Part shown: positions 55,989 to 64,000 of the stretch, one piece after another | Layout: each line of letters opens with the position of its first letter | Position numbering within the stretch: the stretch's first letter is position 1 | IMG/VR virus record: IMGVR_UViG_3300022934_000003 | Reading direction: 5' to 3' (one strand) | Source of the DNA: a virus | DNA length: 64,000 nucleotides | Program-made: the position numbers and the translations under genes | The notes under the pieces: model-generated | Databases searched by the model: none | Seen by the model: only the letters and a program-made list of their open reading frames with translations | Told to the model about the DNA's origin: nothing

Positions 55989-58568
55989 ATGCCTGATTTT
56001 TACACCAACGTAGATCGAATTGGTAACTTTATTCTATGGCGAGGATATCAAGCCGGACGAAAGTTCGAACGTAAAATTAAATACGAACCTACTATCTTTG
56101 TAGGTACTAATAATAAAGAATCGATGTGGAAATCTCTTATTGATGATAGTCCACTTCAGGCTACTAAAAAAGGTACGATGAAAGATACTCGTATCTATAT
56201 CGAAGATCATAAAGATGTTCATGGATTTAAAATTGCTGGTAATAGTAATTATGTTGCGCAATTTATTCAAGAGCATTATCCTGATAATATTGAATTTGAT
56301 CCATCATTAATTAATATCGTTTCGTTTGATATAGAGGTTGATATATCTGATGGTTATGCTAATATTAACCAAGCAGATAAAGAAATTACATCTATTGCTT
56401 ACAAGTCGACTAAACACCTAAGGTATCATTTGCTTGGTCGTAAAGACTATGATAAGACTCAAACTATTACTGATATTAATCCAGATAATATCGAATTTAA
56501 AAAGTTTGATACTGAACATCAATTACTTCAAGAGTTTAAACGTATTTGGATGGAAGACTATCCTGATATTGTAACTGGTTGGAACGTTGAATATTTTGAT
56601 ATTCAATATATTATAACTCGTATGATTCGTTTATTTGGCGAAGACTGGGTTAAAGATCTATCTCCTTGGCGTAATATTCGTCAGCAATCTCGTGAAGTAT
56701 TTGGTAAAAAACAATCAACTTGGTCTATATCTGGTATATCGATTATTGATTATATGGATGCTTTTAAGAAGTTTGGTTACAAATATGGTCCACAAGAATC
56801 TTATAAACTAGATCATATTGCTTACGTCGTGCTTGGTGAAAAGAAATTAGATTACTCTGAATATGGTTCTTTGACTGCTTTGTACGAACAAAATCCACAA
56901 CTTTATTTGGATTATAACCTTAAAGATACATGGCTTGTTGAAAAGCTTGAAGAGGAATCAGGTCTACTATCTCTTGTAATGACTGTTGCTTATGGTGGAG
57001 GTGTAAACTATTCTGATGCATTTGGTACCGTGAGTATTTGGGAAACAACTCTTTATCGTCGACTGATGAAAAAAGGTATTGTGCCTCCATTAAAAGGTGG
57101 TCCTGGTGAACGCGTTGCTGAACTCGTTGGTGGTTATGTTAAAGATCCAAAGGTTGGAATGCATCCTTGGGTTGTCTCATTCGATCTAAATTCTCTATAT
57201 CCACACCTGATGTTACAATATAACTTGTCACCAGAAACATATGTAGACAACGCACGAGAATATATTAACCAAGATATGGTGCTCAATGGACAAGAAGTTG
57301 CAGATCCTAATAATCCTGGTAGTACAATGCGTGTACCATATCAAAACAGATCTAGGTATGCAACATGTGCTAATGGTGCATGCTTTAGAAAAGATAAACT
57401 TGGTATCATTCCTGAAATCATTGATGAATATTATGCTACTCGATCTGGAATTAAAAAGCGTATGTTACAAGTTGAACAAGAACTTGAAACTGCGAAGGGT
57501 ACTGATAAATTAGCTCTTAAACGAGAAGCTAACCAATTACATAATCAGCAAATGGCGATTAAGATTGCTATGAACTCTTTGTATGGCGCAACAGCAAATA
57601 TTTACTTCCTATATTATATTAACGATATGGCTGAAGCAATTACAACATCTGGCCAATTGTCAATTCGTTACGCTCAAAAATCTGTAAACGAATATCTAAA
57701 TAAGTTATTGAAAACAGATAGTGTTGATTATATTATCTACATCGATACAGATTCTATCTATGTTAATATGGGACCTGTTATTCAAGCTTCGTTTGGTACA
57801 ATGGATATCGATCGTGCTAAAGGTGAAGAGTTCCTTGATAAAATTTGTGAAATGAAAATTGAACCTATTATTGATGCTGGTTATAAAGAACTTGCTGAAA
57901 AGATGGGAGCATATCGACAAGCAATGAGTATGAAGCGAGAAAAGATTACTGATAAAGCAGTATTCATTGCAAAGAAACGTTATATTTTAAATGCACTTAA
58001 CTCAGAAGGTGTACATTATGAACAACCTAAGATTTCTGTTACAGGTTTGGAATCAGTACGATCTTCTACTCCGGAAGTTTGTCGTGATAAACTGAAAGCA
58101 GCATTTAAAGTAATTATGAATGAAGGTGAAGAAGCAATGCAAGAATTTATTGCTAATTTTAAAGATGAGTTCTTTAAACTACCACCTGAAGCTATTGGCC
58201 GTAACTCCGGTACAGATAATATAGATAAGTATAGGAATAGAGAAACATTGTACAAAAAAGGTTGTCCAATGCACGTAAGAGGTTGTATTCTTTATAATTA
58301 TCATTTGAAAGAAAAGCAGTTAGATAAAAAATTCGAATCTGTTATTTCAGGTGATAAAGTAAAGTTTGTTTATCTTAAAACACCTAATCCTATTCGTGAA
58401 AATATTATATCGTTTCCCGGAGTACTTCCTAAAGAACTTGGATTGCATGACTATATAGATTATGAAAAGCAATTCGAAAAGGTTTTTCTAAGTCCTCTTG
58501 AATCTATCCTCGAAGCGATCGGTTGGTCTGCAGAGAAGGTAAATACTCTTGAAGACTTTTTTGTTTAA
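55989..58568 (+). CDS. gp43: family B DNA polymerase (T4 gp43)
   Basis: [40 protein letters not shown]. Confidence 0.97.
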   Translation: MPDFYTNVDRIGNFILWRGYQAGRKFERKIKYEPTIFVGTNNKESMWKSLIDDSPLQATKKGTMKDTRIYIEDHKDVHGFKIAGNSNYVAQFIQEHYPDNIEFDPSLINIVSFDIEVDISDGYANINQADKEITSIAYKSTKHLRYHLLGRKDYDKTQTITDINPDNIEFKKFDTEHQLLQEFKRIWMEDYPDIVTGWNVEYFDIQYIITRMIRLFGEDWVKDLSPWRNIRQQSREVFGKKQSTWSISGISIIDYMDAFKKFGYKYGPQESYKLDHIAYVVLGEKKLDYSEYGSLTALYEQNPQLYLDYNLKDTWLVEKLEEESGLLSLVMTVAYGGGVNYSDAFGTVSIWETTLYRRLMKKGIVPPLKGGPGERVAELVGGYVKDPKVGMHPWVVSFDLNSLYPHLMLQYNLSPETYVDNAREYINQDMVLNGQEVADPNNPGSTMRVPYQNRSRYATCANGACFRKDKLGIIPEIIDEYYATRSGIKKRMLQVEQELETAKGTDKLALKREANQLHNQQMAIKIAMNSLYGATANIYFLYYINDMAEAITTSGQLSIRYAQKSVNEYLNKLLKTDSVDYIIYIDTDSIYVNMGPVIQASFGTMDIDRAKGEEFLDKICEMKIEPIIDAGYKELAEKMGAYRQAMSMKREKITDKAVFIAKKRYILNALNSEGVHYEQPKISVTGLESVRSSTPEVCRDKLKAAFKVIMNEGEEAMQEFIANFKDEFFKLPPEAIGRNSGTDNIDKYRNRETLYKKGCPMHVRGCILYNYHLKEKQLDKKFESVISGDKVKFVYLKTPNPIRENIISFPGVLPKELGLHDYIDYEKQFEKVFLSPLESILEAIGWSAEKVNTLEDFFV

Positions 58569-58579
58569 GGAGATATACG

Positions 58580-58762
58580 TTGAATGACGAAACAAAACGA
58601 TGGAGATTAGATGTGCTAATATCAAAACATGATCACCAGCATAACATAGTAGAACAACTTATTGCTGAAGGTTGCTCAGATGATATTGTAAGCAAAGCTA
58701 AGAAAGAAAAATTATTATTAAAGGATGAAATAAGAAAATTAGAATTAGAACTAGGAGAATAA
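58580..58762 (+). CDS. DUF465/YdcH-like coiled-coil protein
   Basis: KH......V....KKEKLLLKDEI. Confidence 0.65.
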   Translation: MNDETKRWRLDVLISKHDHQHNIVEQLIAEGCSDDIVSKAKKEKLLLKDEIRKLELELGE

Positions 58763-58763
58763 C

Positions 58764-59279
58764 ATGAGTAAAGATTGGGCCCAAGATATTCATGAAATGC
58801 AAAACAAGTTCCAACTACCTAATTGGGTAAAGGATAATCCAGATAAACTTAAAGAGTTTTTAGAGTTTAGGATTCGTTTTGTTCGTGAAGAATTGGAAGA
58901 AACAGAAAAAGCGTTTGCAAATAAAATTGACGCAGAAGAAATTGTAGATGGTTTAATTGATATATGTGTAGTTGCTATCGGCACACTTGATGCATTTAAA
59001 GTAAATTCTCATCAGGCATGGGATCAAGTTATGGAAGCTAATATGTCAAAAGAAGTTGGTGTAAAACCAGAAAGACCAAATCCACTTGGTTTACCAGATT
59101 TAATGAAACCAGAAGGTTGGCAAGCTCCATCTCATGCTGGTAATCACGGTTTATTAGCAAATCTATATCGTCTTGATAAGATTGGACAAGGACTAAAACA
59201 GCAAGTAGAATCAGGAACTTTGTCTGCAGATGATCTAGATTATATTGAAAAAATTGCAAAAAGTTTGAAAAAAGGCTAA
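58764..59279 (+). CDS. MazG-like/PRA-PH all-alpha NTP pyrophosphohydrolase
   Basis: EELEE..EEIVDGLID..V.EANMSK..KPEGW. Confidence 0.8.
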   Translation: MSKDWAQDIHEMQNKFQLPNWVKDNPDKLKEFLEFRIRFVREELEETEKAFANKIDAEEIVDGLIDICVVAIGTLDAFKVNSHQAWDQVMEANMSKEVGVKPERPNPLGLPDLMKPEGWQAPSHAGNHGLLANLYRLDKIGQGLKQQVESGTLSADDLDYIEKIAKSLKKG

Positions 59280-59286
59280 AAAAGGG

Positions 59287-59323
59287 TTGACATCTTCTTA
59301 GAACTAGTGTATAATATAACTAT
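59287..59323 (+). promoter_or_regulatory. 37-bp early promoter repeat, copy 3
   Basis: Identical to copy 1 (reverse complement). Confidence 0.8.
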
Positions 59324-59348
59324 ATTAAATAATAAAGCAAGGAGATTT

Positions 59349-59624
59349 ATGATTACAAAAGAAAACTTTAGAATTGAATCTAACTATCTAACATTTGTAC
59401 CTTCAACTGCGAAGACTCATGCTGACTTTACTCATGTTTGTTCTAGAGATCGTAGATTCCACAAATGGACTTGTGCTAAAGTCCGTAATCTTATCATCAA
59501 AGAATTAAATGATAATAACATTACAGAAGATAAAGTTAATCGTGATCTTATTGAGTCTTTCTTAAATGACGGTGTTGTTAAAGATTACATTACTGCTAAC
59601 GTACCATCTTTTATGAGAAAATAA
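59349..59624 (+). CDS. hypothetical protein (early)
   Basis: Start re-called at MITKE after AGGAG. Confidence 0.55.
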   Translation: MITKENFRIESNYLTFVPSTAKTHADFTHVCSRDRRFHKWTCAKVRNLIIKELNDNNITEDKVNRDLIESFLNDGVVKDYITANVPSFMRK

Positions 59625-59639
59625 TTTAGGAGTTATATT

Positions 59640-59888
59640 ATGTTAAAATATGAAAATGTTGCTGAAGTTGGTGATACTATCAAAGCTTTAGATTTTGAAC
59701 CTTGGGTTGGCCGTGAAGATGTTTATCTAATTGGTAAAGTTACAGATAAAGGTATGAACGAGCTTGGTTATGCCGCTTATACAGTAAAAGTTTTAGAATC
59801 TCCAGGATTCGAATCTCGTGTTGGAACAACTATGTATGTTCCATATCAATCAAACTTTGATTTTGAAGGTCGTGTATGCCGGGTTTAG
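59640..59888 (+). CDS. hypothetical protein
   Basis: 82 aa, AGGAG RBS. Confidence 0.6.
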   Translation: MLKYENVAEVGDTIKALDFEPWVGREDVYLIGKVTDKGMNELGYAAYTVKVLESPGFESRVGTTMYVPYQSNFDFEGRVCRV

Positions 59889-60124
59889 TTTATTGTGATT
59901 ATATTGCAGATCGTGTTAAGACTGCATTAAATATTGATTCTGAAATAGAAGGATCATTATTACAAGAAGTAGGTAATATCGAATGGGATCTGCATCCAAA
60001 AGACGGATACTTATTATCTACAGATAAATGGCTTTATGCCACAGATATTAACGGTAATAAATATCGAATATCTGTAGAAAAAATAGAAGAAGAATATGAA
60101 CGAATTGCTGATAGAGCTATTTGA
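59876..60124 (+). CDS. hypothetical protein
   Basis: 82 aa, overlapping the previous gene. Confidence 0.55.
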   Translation: MPGLVYCDYIADRVKTALNIDSEIEGSLLQEVGNIEWDLHPKDGYLLSTDKWLYATDINGNKYRISVEKIEEEYERIADRAI

Positions 60125-60269
60125 AAAATTAGAGCAACCATATAATAGTTTAGTTGTATTAAAACTAGCTGATATGATAGACACTATGATAGAAGATGGT
60201 GTTTTAGATGAATCTGATGCACAAATAGCTGAAAATATCGAATTTATTTGCAAATTACCAAAAAAATAA
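60096..60269 (+). CDS. hypothetical 57-aa protein
   Basis: Own translation MNELLIELFEKLEQPYNS... Confidence 0.45.
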   Translation: MNELLIELFEKLEQPYNSLVVLKLADMIDTMIEDGVLDESDAQIAENIEFICKLPKK

Positions 60270-60283
60270 TTGAAAATAATTCT

Positions 60284-60360
60284 AAGTTATTGATTTTTAA
60301 TGAAAACTTTTTTCACAAAAAGGTTGACATCTTCTTGAAACTAGTGTATAATATAACTAT
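60284..60360 (+). promoter_or_regulatory. IHF-like box plus 37-bp early promoter repeat, copy 4
   Basis: AAGTTATTGATTT at 60284-60296; promoter at 60324-60360 (2 mismatches to copy 1). Confidence 0.75.
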
Positions 60361-60383
60361 AAAATAAAAAATTAGGAGATATT

Positions 60384-60662
60384 ATGCGATACTACGAACC
60401 CAACTACAATCCTACTGATGCTGAGAAATACGCTGCCCATCTTGGTCGTATTCTTATGGATTATTCAATGAACATGCCTATGAAAGGCTTATCAAATGAC
60501 GAGGTCGCTCGTTCTAATCGTATGTCTGCTTTTGGTGATAGACTTACTCGTATCGGTTCAGAGTTTGGACCAAAAACCTTTAATGATGTAATCGAATCTG
60601 CTGGTGTCACTATGACAGAAGCAAAAGAATTTCTTAAACTAGCTAAAAAGGAGGACAAATAA
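60384..60662 (+). CDS. hypothetical protein (early)
   Basis: AGGAG RBS. Confidence 0.6.
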   Translation: MRYYEPNYNPTDAEKYAAHLGRILMDYSMNMPMKGLSNDEVARSNRMSAFGDRLTRIGSEFGPKTFNDVIESAGVTMTEAKEFLKLAKKEDK

Positions 60663-60663
60663 A

Positions 60664-60810
60664 ATGTCAGCAATTAGCGATATTATTATTGATATTCAGG
60701 AAATGCTTGCGGAAGGTTTTCCTTCTCTAGCGATTGCTCAAGCTCTGGAAATTCCAGTAGAATGGGTTGAAGAAGAAAAAGATAAGATGAGACGTGAAGG
60801 AGATTTATAA
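60664..60810 (+). CDS. small protein, possible HTH
   Basis: Own translation MSAISDIIIDIQEMLAEGFPSLAIAQALEIPVEWV... Confidence 0.5.
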   Translation: MSAISDIIIDIQEMLAEGFPSLAIAQALEIPVEWVEEEKDKMRREGDL

Positions 60811-61154
60811 TGAAATACACATTTGATGAAAATATTTTTTCTGATCTATATAAAGATGCTTATGGTGTTCGTCCTCGTGGACATGCATTCTATACTGCTT
60901 CAAATGAAGAGAAGCAAAAAATATGGGATGATACTTTACAAGCTCAGATAGATAATGAAAAATTCGAAAGAGCAGTTGAAAAAGAATGTATTAATAAGTT
61001 TGAAAAAACTGTAGATCATTTAATTAAAATTGGAGCTAATAAACGTTCTACTGCTATTCGTTGGATGATGGATGCAAGTGATGCTGCCGGTGATTGGGAT
61101 TACTTCTCTTATCAAAATAACTTACCTTACGATTATCTTAAGGAGGCTTCATGA
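60810..61154 (+). CDS. conserved phage hypothetical protein
   Basis: SDLYKDAYGVRPR...A.RW. Confidence 0.65.
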   Translation: MKYTFDENIFSDLYKDAYGVRPRGHAFYTASNEEKQKIWDDTLQAQIDNEKFERAVEKECINKFEKTVDHLIKIGANKRSTAIRWMMDASDAAGDWDYFSYQNNLPYDYLKEAS

Positions 61155-61330
61155 ATATAGAAGAGTTTGAAACAGTATTAAAAAATCATGATTGGTTTTC
61201 TGCTATGAGTGATGATCATAGAGTATGGAAACGCGGTCAGGAAGAGTTTGCAAAAATTCGTGAGATAGTTAAAGAAAACCCACAATTTGAAAATATTTTT
61301 AATCAATATGTAGAAGAGAGGATGATATAA
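61151..61330 (+). CDS. hypothetical 59-aa protein
   Basis: Own translation ...LKNHDWFSAMSDDHRVWKRG... Confidence 0.55.
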   Translation: MNIEEFETVLKNHDWFSAMSDDHRVWKRGQEEFAKIREIVKENPQFENIFNQYVEERMI

Positions 61331-61331
61331 A

Positions 61332-61589
61332 ATGGCAGAACTAAAAAGAACCCCATGTTACAAATTTACAGTTCAAATGAAAGAAGGAAAACCAGTTGGT
61401 AATGACGCTAAATTAGTTGAACTATTACGCCAAAATGTTAAAGCAGAAAATGTTTTTGCAAAGCGTGGTAAAAAGAAATATGTTAAATTGCAAGGACGAG
61501 GCCATCGTTATGGTAGCCGTCGTTTTTGTCGAAGTCTTCCGCTATCATTAGCAGAAAGAGCAGATGTTTATGTTTATGATCGCTATTAA
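61332..61589 (+). CDS. hypothetical protein
   Basis: 85 aa; VKLQGRG...ADVYVY. Confidence 0.55.
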   Translation: MAELKRTPCYKFTVQMKEGKPVGNDAKLVELLRQNVKAENVFAKRGKKKYVKLQGRGHRYGSRRFCRSLPLSLAERADVYVYDRY

Positions 61590-61593
61590 TTAG

Positions 61594-61622
61594 TTGACAT
61601 TTACAAAAAAACATGTTATAAT
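61594..61622 (+). promoter_or_regulatory. sigma70 promoter
   Basis: TTGACA-N17-TATAAT. Confidence 0.7.
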
Positions 61623-61657
61623 ATACTATTAAATACTTCGCGATACAAAAATATACT

Positions 61658-62296
61658 ATGAATATAAAAGCAGAAACGAAAGGTCAAGAGACTTTTAATG
61701 TTGATGGTGAATATACACCACTCATTAATGGAATAAGGCAAGTAATGCCAGAATTACAAAAAGTTTGGAAAGAGAAGTGTATTCCAGCTTTTGAAGATTT
61801 TAAAGGTGTTAATATTGTCGAATATTTTGATTCATTACCAGTTTCACAACGATCAGTAGAAATGAGTAAACAACTTGGTGATTCAATTAATAATTATATG
61901 GAAAAGCTTTTAATTGAATTGGGTGTTGGCATTCGAGTTGAACAAGAAGATGGATATGATTGGGTATACACTAACAATCGTGAAACTAAAATTGAAGATA
62001 AAAATGCAATGTCTCAAAAGCCAGATAATAGACAATGGGTTGGTAATAGTGGCAGTGGTAGGAAAGTTCCTATGCACCTACTAAAGAAATTTAAGATTAA
62101 TGATAAACTTGAAATCATTGGTGCTCATGCTTCATTAGTTAATCTTGATAATACAACTCAATACTGGGTAAATAGTGCTGGTGCAAGATCAACACTTTCG
62201 TTTAATTGGAATGATATCAATGGTATTATTCCTGCTTATGGACACTGGGATGGTAAAAAGAAAAACTTATTCCCACGTTTTGAATCAATCAATTAA
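61658..62296 (+). CDS. hypothetical protein, possible restriction-endonuclease fold
   Basis: GYDWVY....IEDKN resembles PD-(D/E)XK. Confidence 0.4.
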   Translation: MNIKAETKGQETFNVDGEYTPLINGIRQVMPELQKVWKEKCIPAFEDFKGVNIVEYFDSLPVSQRSVEMSKQLGDSINNYMEKLLIELGVGIRVEQEDGYDWVYTNNRETKIEDKNAMSQKPDNRQWVGNSGSGRKVPMHLLKKFKINDKLEIIGAHASLVNLDNTTQYWVNSAGARSTLSFNWNDINGIIPAYGHWDGKKKNLFPRFESIN

Positions 62297-62308
62297 AGGT
62301 TATATGGC

Positions 62309-62698
62309 ATGAAACAAAAAGTAACAAAAACTCCCGAAGCTTCAGTAAAGTATTCTAAAAATACTCCTGAGGCTGTAAAAGTACTTCAAGAGTGTATTGA
62401 TTTACAACTTAAAAAATCTAGAGATTATCAAAATCCAAACTCACCAATCAAACAAGCAGATTATTATCCAAGTGGTGTACAAACAATTTATGAAGTTATG
62501 TGGGCTAAAATGCTTCGTATGAAATCTGTTATGGAAGCAATGAAAGCTTCTGATGGATATGATCCTAATTTTGAAAGCCTAGAAGACAGCGCTAAAGATC
62601 TTGCTAACTATGCAAGCTTCTTTGTTTCTTATTGTCGTGGAGGTATTGGAGGACAAACTGAAGGTAAAGATATTTTCAATAAACCAATAAAGAAATAA
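62309..62698 (+). CDS. nucleotide-modification-associated (DUF1599/Nmad1-like) protein
   Basis: KKSRDY...KMLR...ESLEDS..DLANY; adjacent to the hydroxymethylase. Confidence 0.65.
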   Translation: MKQKVTKTPEASVKYSKNTPEAVKVLQECIDLQLKKSRDYQNPNSPIKQADYYPSGVQTIYEVMWAKMLRMKSVMEAMKASDGYDPNFESLEDSAKDLANYASFFVSYCRGGIGGQTEGKDIFNKPIKK

Positions 62699-62710
62699 AG
62701 AGGTAATATT

Positions 62711-63406
62711 ATGATGAACGTTGCTGATATTAAAAATTACTTTGTTGGTGAACTTGAAGCTCAACGCTTTACCGTAGATAAAACTGGTGCAAAAACTATT
62801 GAGATGCTTGGTGCATCTTTTAAAGCAGATAAACCAGCCATTTTTGGAGTACCTTCTGATGAGTATATACAAAAAGAAATCGCGTGGTATGAAAAGCAAT
62901 CAACCAACATTAATGACATCTATGGTGAAGAACGTGATGCTCCTGCTGCTTGGAAATATGCTGCTGATGCTTATGGGAATATTAATAGTAATTATGGAAA
63001 AATAGTTTTTTCTGATCAATACTATAATCAATTTGAAAATGCATTAAATGAACTGAGAAACAATCCAGACTCTCGTAGAGCTGAAATGGTTTATAACCGT
63101 CCAAGTATTTGGAAAGAGTTTGATGAGAATGGTAAATCAGATTTTATTTGTACTAATGCACAAACATTCTATATTCGTGATGGTAAACTTCATTTGGTTT
63201 CTCAAATGAGATCTAATGATGTTGTATTTGGTTATAAAAATGATTATGCTTGGGCTCAATATCTAATGGATAAAATGGTTACTGCATATAATGATACTAT
63301 AGATCTAGATAGTGATTACATTACTAAAGGCGATCTTATTTGGCAAGTACAAAACTTACACGTTTACGAAAGACATTTTGAATTAGTTGAAGCGTATGGG
63401 ATGTAA
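62711..63406 (+). CDS. gp42: dCMP hydroxymethylase (T4 gp42-like, thymidylate synthase fold)
   Basis: NSNYG, DFICT, MRSNDVVFGYKNDYAW, LHVYERHF. Confidence 0.82.
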   Translation: MMNVADIKNYFVGELEAQRFTVDKTGAKTIEMLGASFKADKPAIFGVPSDEYIQKEIAWYEKQSTNINDIYGEERDAPAAWKYAADAYGNINSNYGKIVFSDQYYNQFENALNELRNNPDSRRAEMVYNRPSIWKEFDENGKSDFICTNAQTFYIRDGKLHLVSQMRSNDVVFGYKNDYAWAQYLMDKMVTAYNDTIDLDSDYITKGDLIWQVQNLHVYERHFELVEAYGM

Positions 63407-63408
63407 TT

Positions 63409-63582
63409 ATGGCTAAATATAATATACAAATAACAAAAGACGGAAAATTTTCAGCGAATGCATGTATGGTAATTAATGAAGATCATAATACATACGTGCA
63501 TGAATGTCCATTGTTTGATACTATTGATGAAGTACAAACATGGATTATTGAAAACGCTAAATATATAACAGAATGTAAATAA
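63409..63582 (+). CDS. hypothetical 57-aa protein
   Basis: Own translation MAKYNIQITKDGKF... Confidence 0.45.
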   Translation: MAKYNIQITKDGKFSANACMVINEDHNTYVHECPLFDTIDEVQTWIIENAKYITECK

Positions 63583-63869
63583 TGAAAAAATCACCTATTA
63601 ATAATATGCAGCAATTGTTAGCAATTACTGCTGAGGAATGTGGAGAATTAACTCAAGCTTGCATGAAAATAATGAGAATGAATAATACCAAACAAGGAAT
63701 GTTTGATAATAACGAGTATTATAATTCTTTATTAGATGAAGTTGGAGATGTTGCTTGTATGATTGGGTTACTTATAGAGCACGGATTTGTAGATGAAGAT
63801 GTTATAACAAACCGTGCAATAGCTAAAAGAGAAAAGTTAAGACAATGGAGTACATTAATTAATGACTGA
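63582..63869 (+). CDS. MazG-like nucleotide pyrophosphohydrolase
   Basis: AEECGELTQA..K...LLDEVGDV. Confidence 0.75.
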   Translation: MKKSPINNMQQLLAITAEECGELTQACMKIMRMNNTKQGMFDNNEYYNSLLDEVGDVACMIGLLIEHGFVDEDVITNRAIAKREKLRQWSTLIND

Positions 63870-64000
63870 TAAGTGGGATAAGCGATTTATGAATGTCGCA
63901 AGAGAAATCTCTACGTGGAGTAAAGATCCAAGTACTAAAATTGGTGCTATCATTGTTAATGATGAAAGACGTATTCTTGCAACTGGTTATAATGGTTTTC
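63862..64000 (+). CDS. dCMP deaminase (partial, runs off the window)
   Basis: WDKRFM..A..I..WSKDPSTKIGAIIV....ILATGYNGF. Confidence 0.85.
   Translation, partial: MTDKWDKRFMNVAREISTWSKDPSTKIGAIIVNDERRILATGYNGF

Noticed and set aside
55989-58568. Intron or intein in gp43 or other core genes
   Set aside because: The ORFs are continuous and of normal length
62711-63406. Ordinary thymidylate synthase (thyA)
   Set aside because: The specificity residue and surrounding motif match T4 gp42 rather than ThyA

Overview
AT-rich segment of a large T4-like (Tevenvirinae/Kyanoviridae-style) marine myophage. The host is probably a marine proteobacterium; a sulfur-oxidising SUP05-like host is suggested but is an inference. 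The core genes are gp41, uvsX, gp32, gp59, gp33, gp52, gp39/60, gp3, uvsY, uvsW, gp55, gp47, gp46, gp43, a gp42-type dCMP hydroxymethylase and dCMP deaminase, plus three tRNAs. Genes run mostly leftward up to about 49.3 kb and rightward after it. The accessory content is large: (i) a heme oxygenase plus bilin reductase pair; (ii) a ~13 kb tightly coupled operon of tailoring enzymes (4 paralogous methyltransferases, 2 sulfotransferase-like proteins, a di-iron enzyme, 2 Fe/2OG-like oxygenases, a GATase, an Asn-synthase-like ligase, a GNAT and an SDR) built around a TctA/TctC transporter; (iii) a radical SAM/glycosyltransferase cluster; (iv) a late-promoter operon of secreted proteins with pilin-like and chaperone-like members next to a candidate u-spanin and holin; (v) a porin, TusE/DsrC, a sulfur-globule-like protein, GcvH, GroES and a lipase. 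Non-genic signals read directly from the sequence: a dense cluster of WGTCGACW palindromes embedded in coding DNA at 46-57 kb around the strand switch, a 37-bp early-promoter repeat, IHF-like boxes at fixed spacing, antisense promoters, and T4 capsid-targeting-like leaders on a nuclease and a ligase-like protein. All functional calls are motif recognition by eye; no searches were run.
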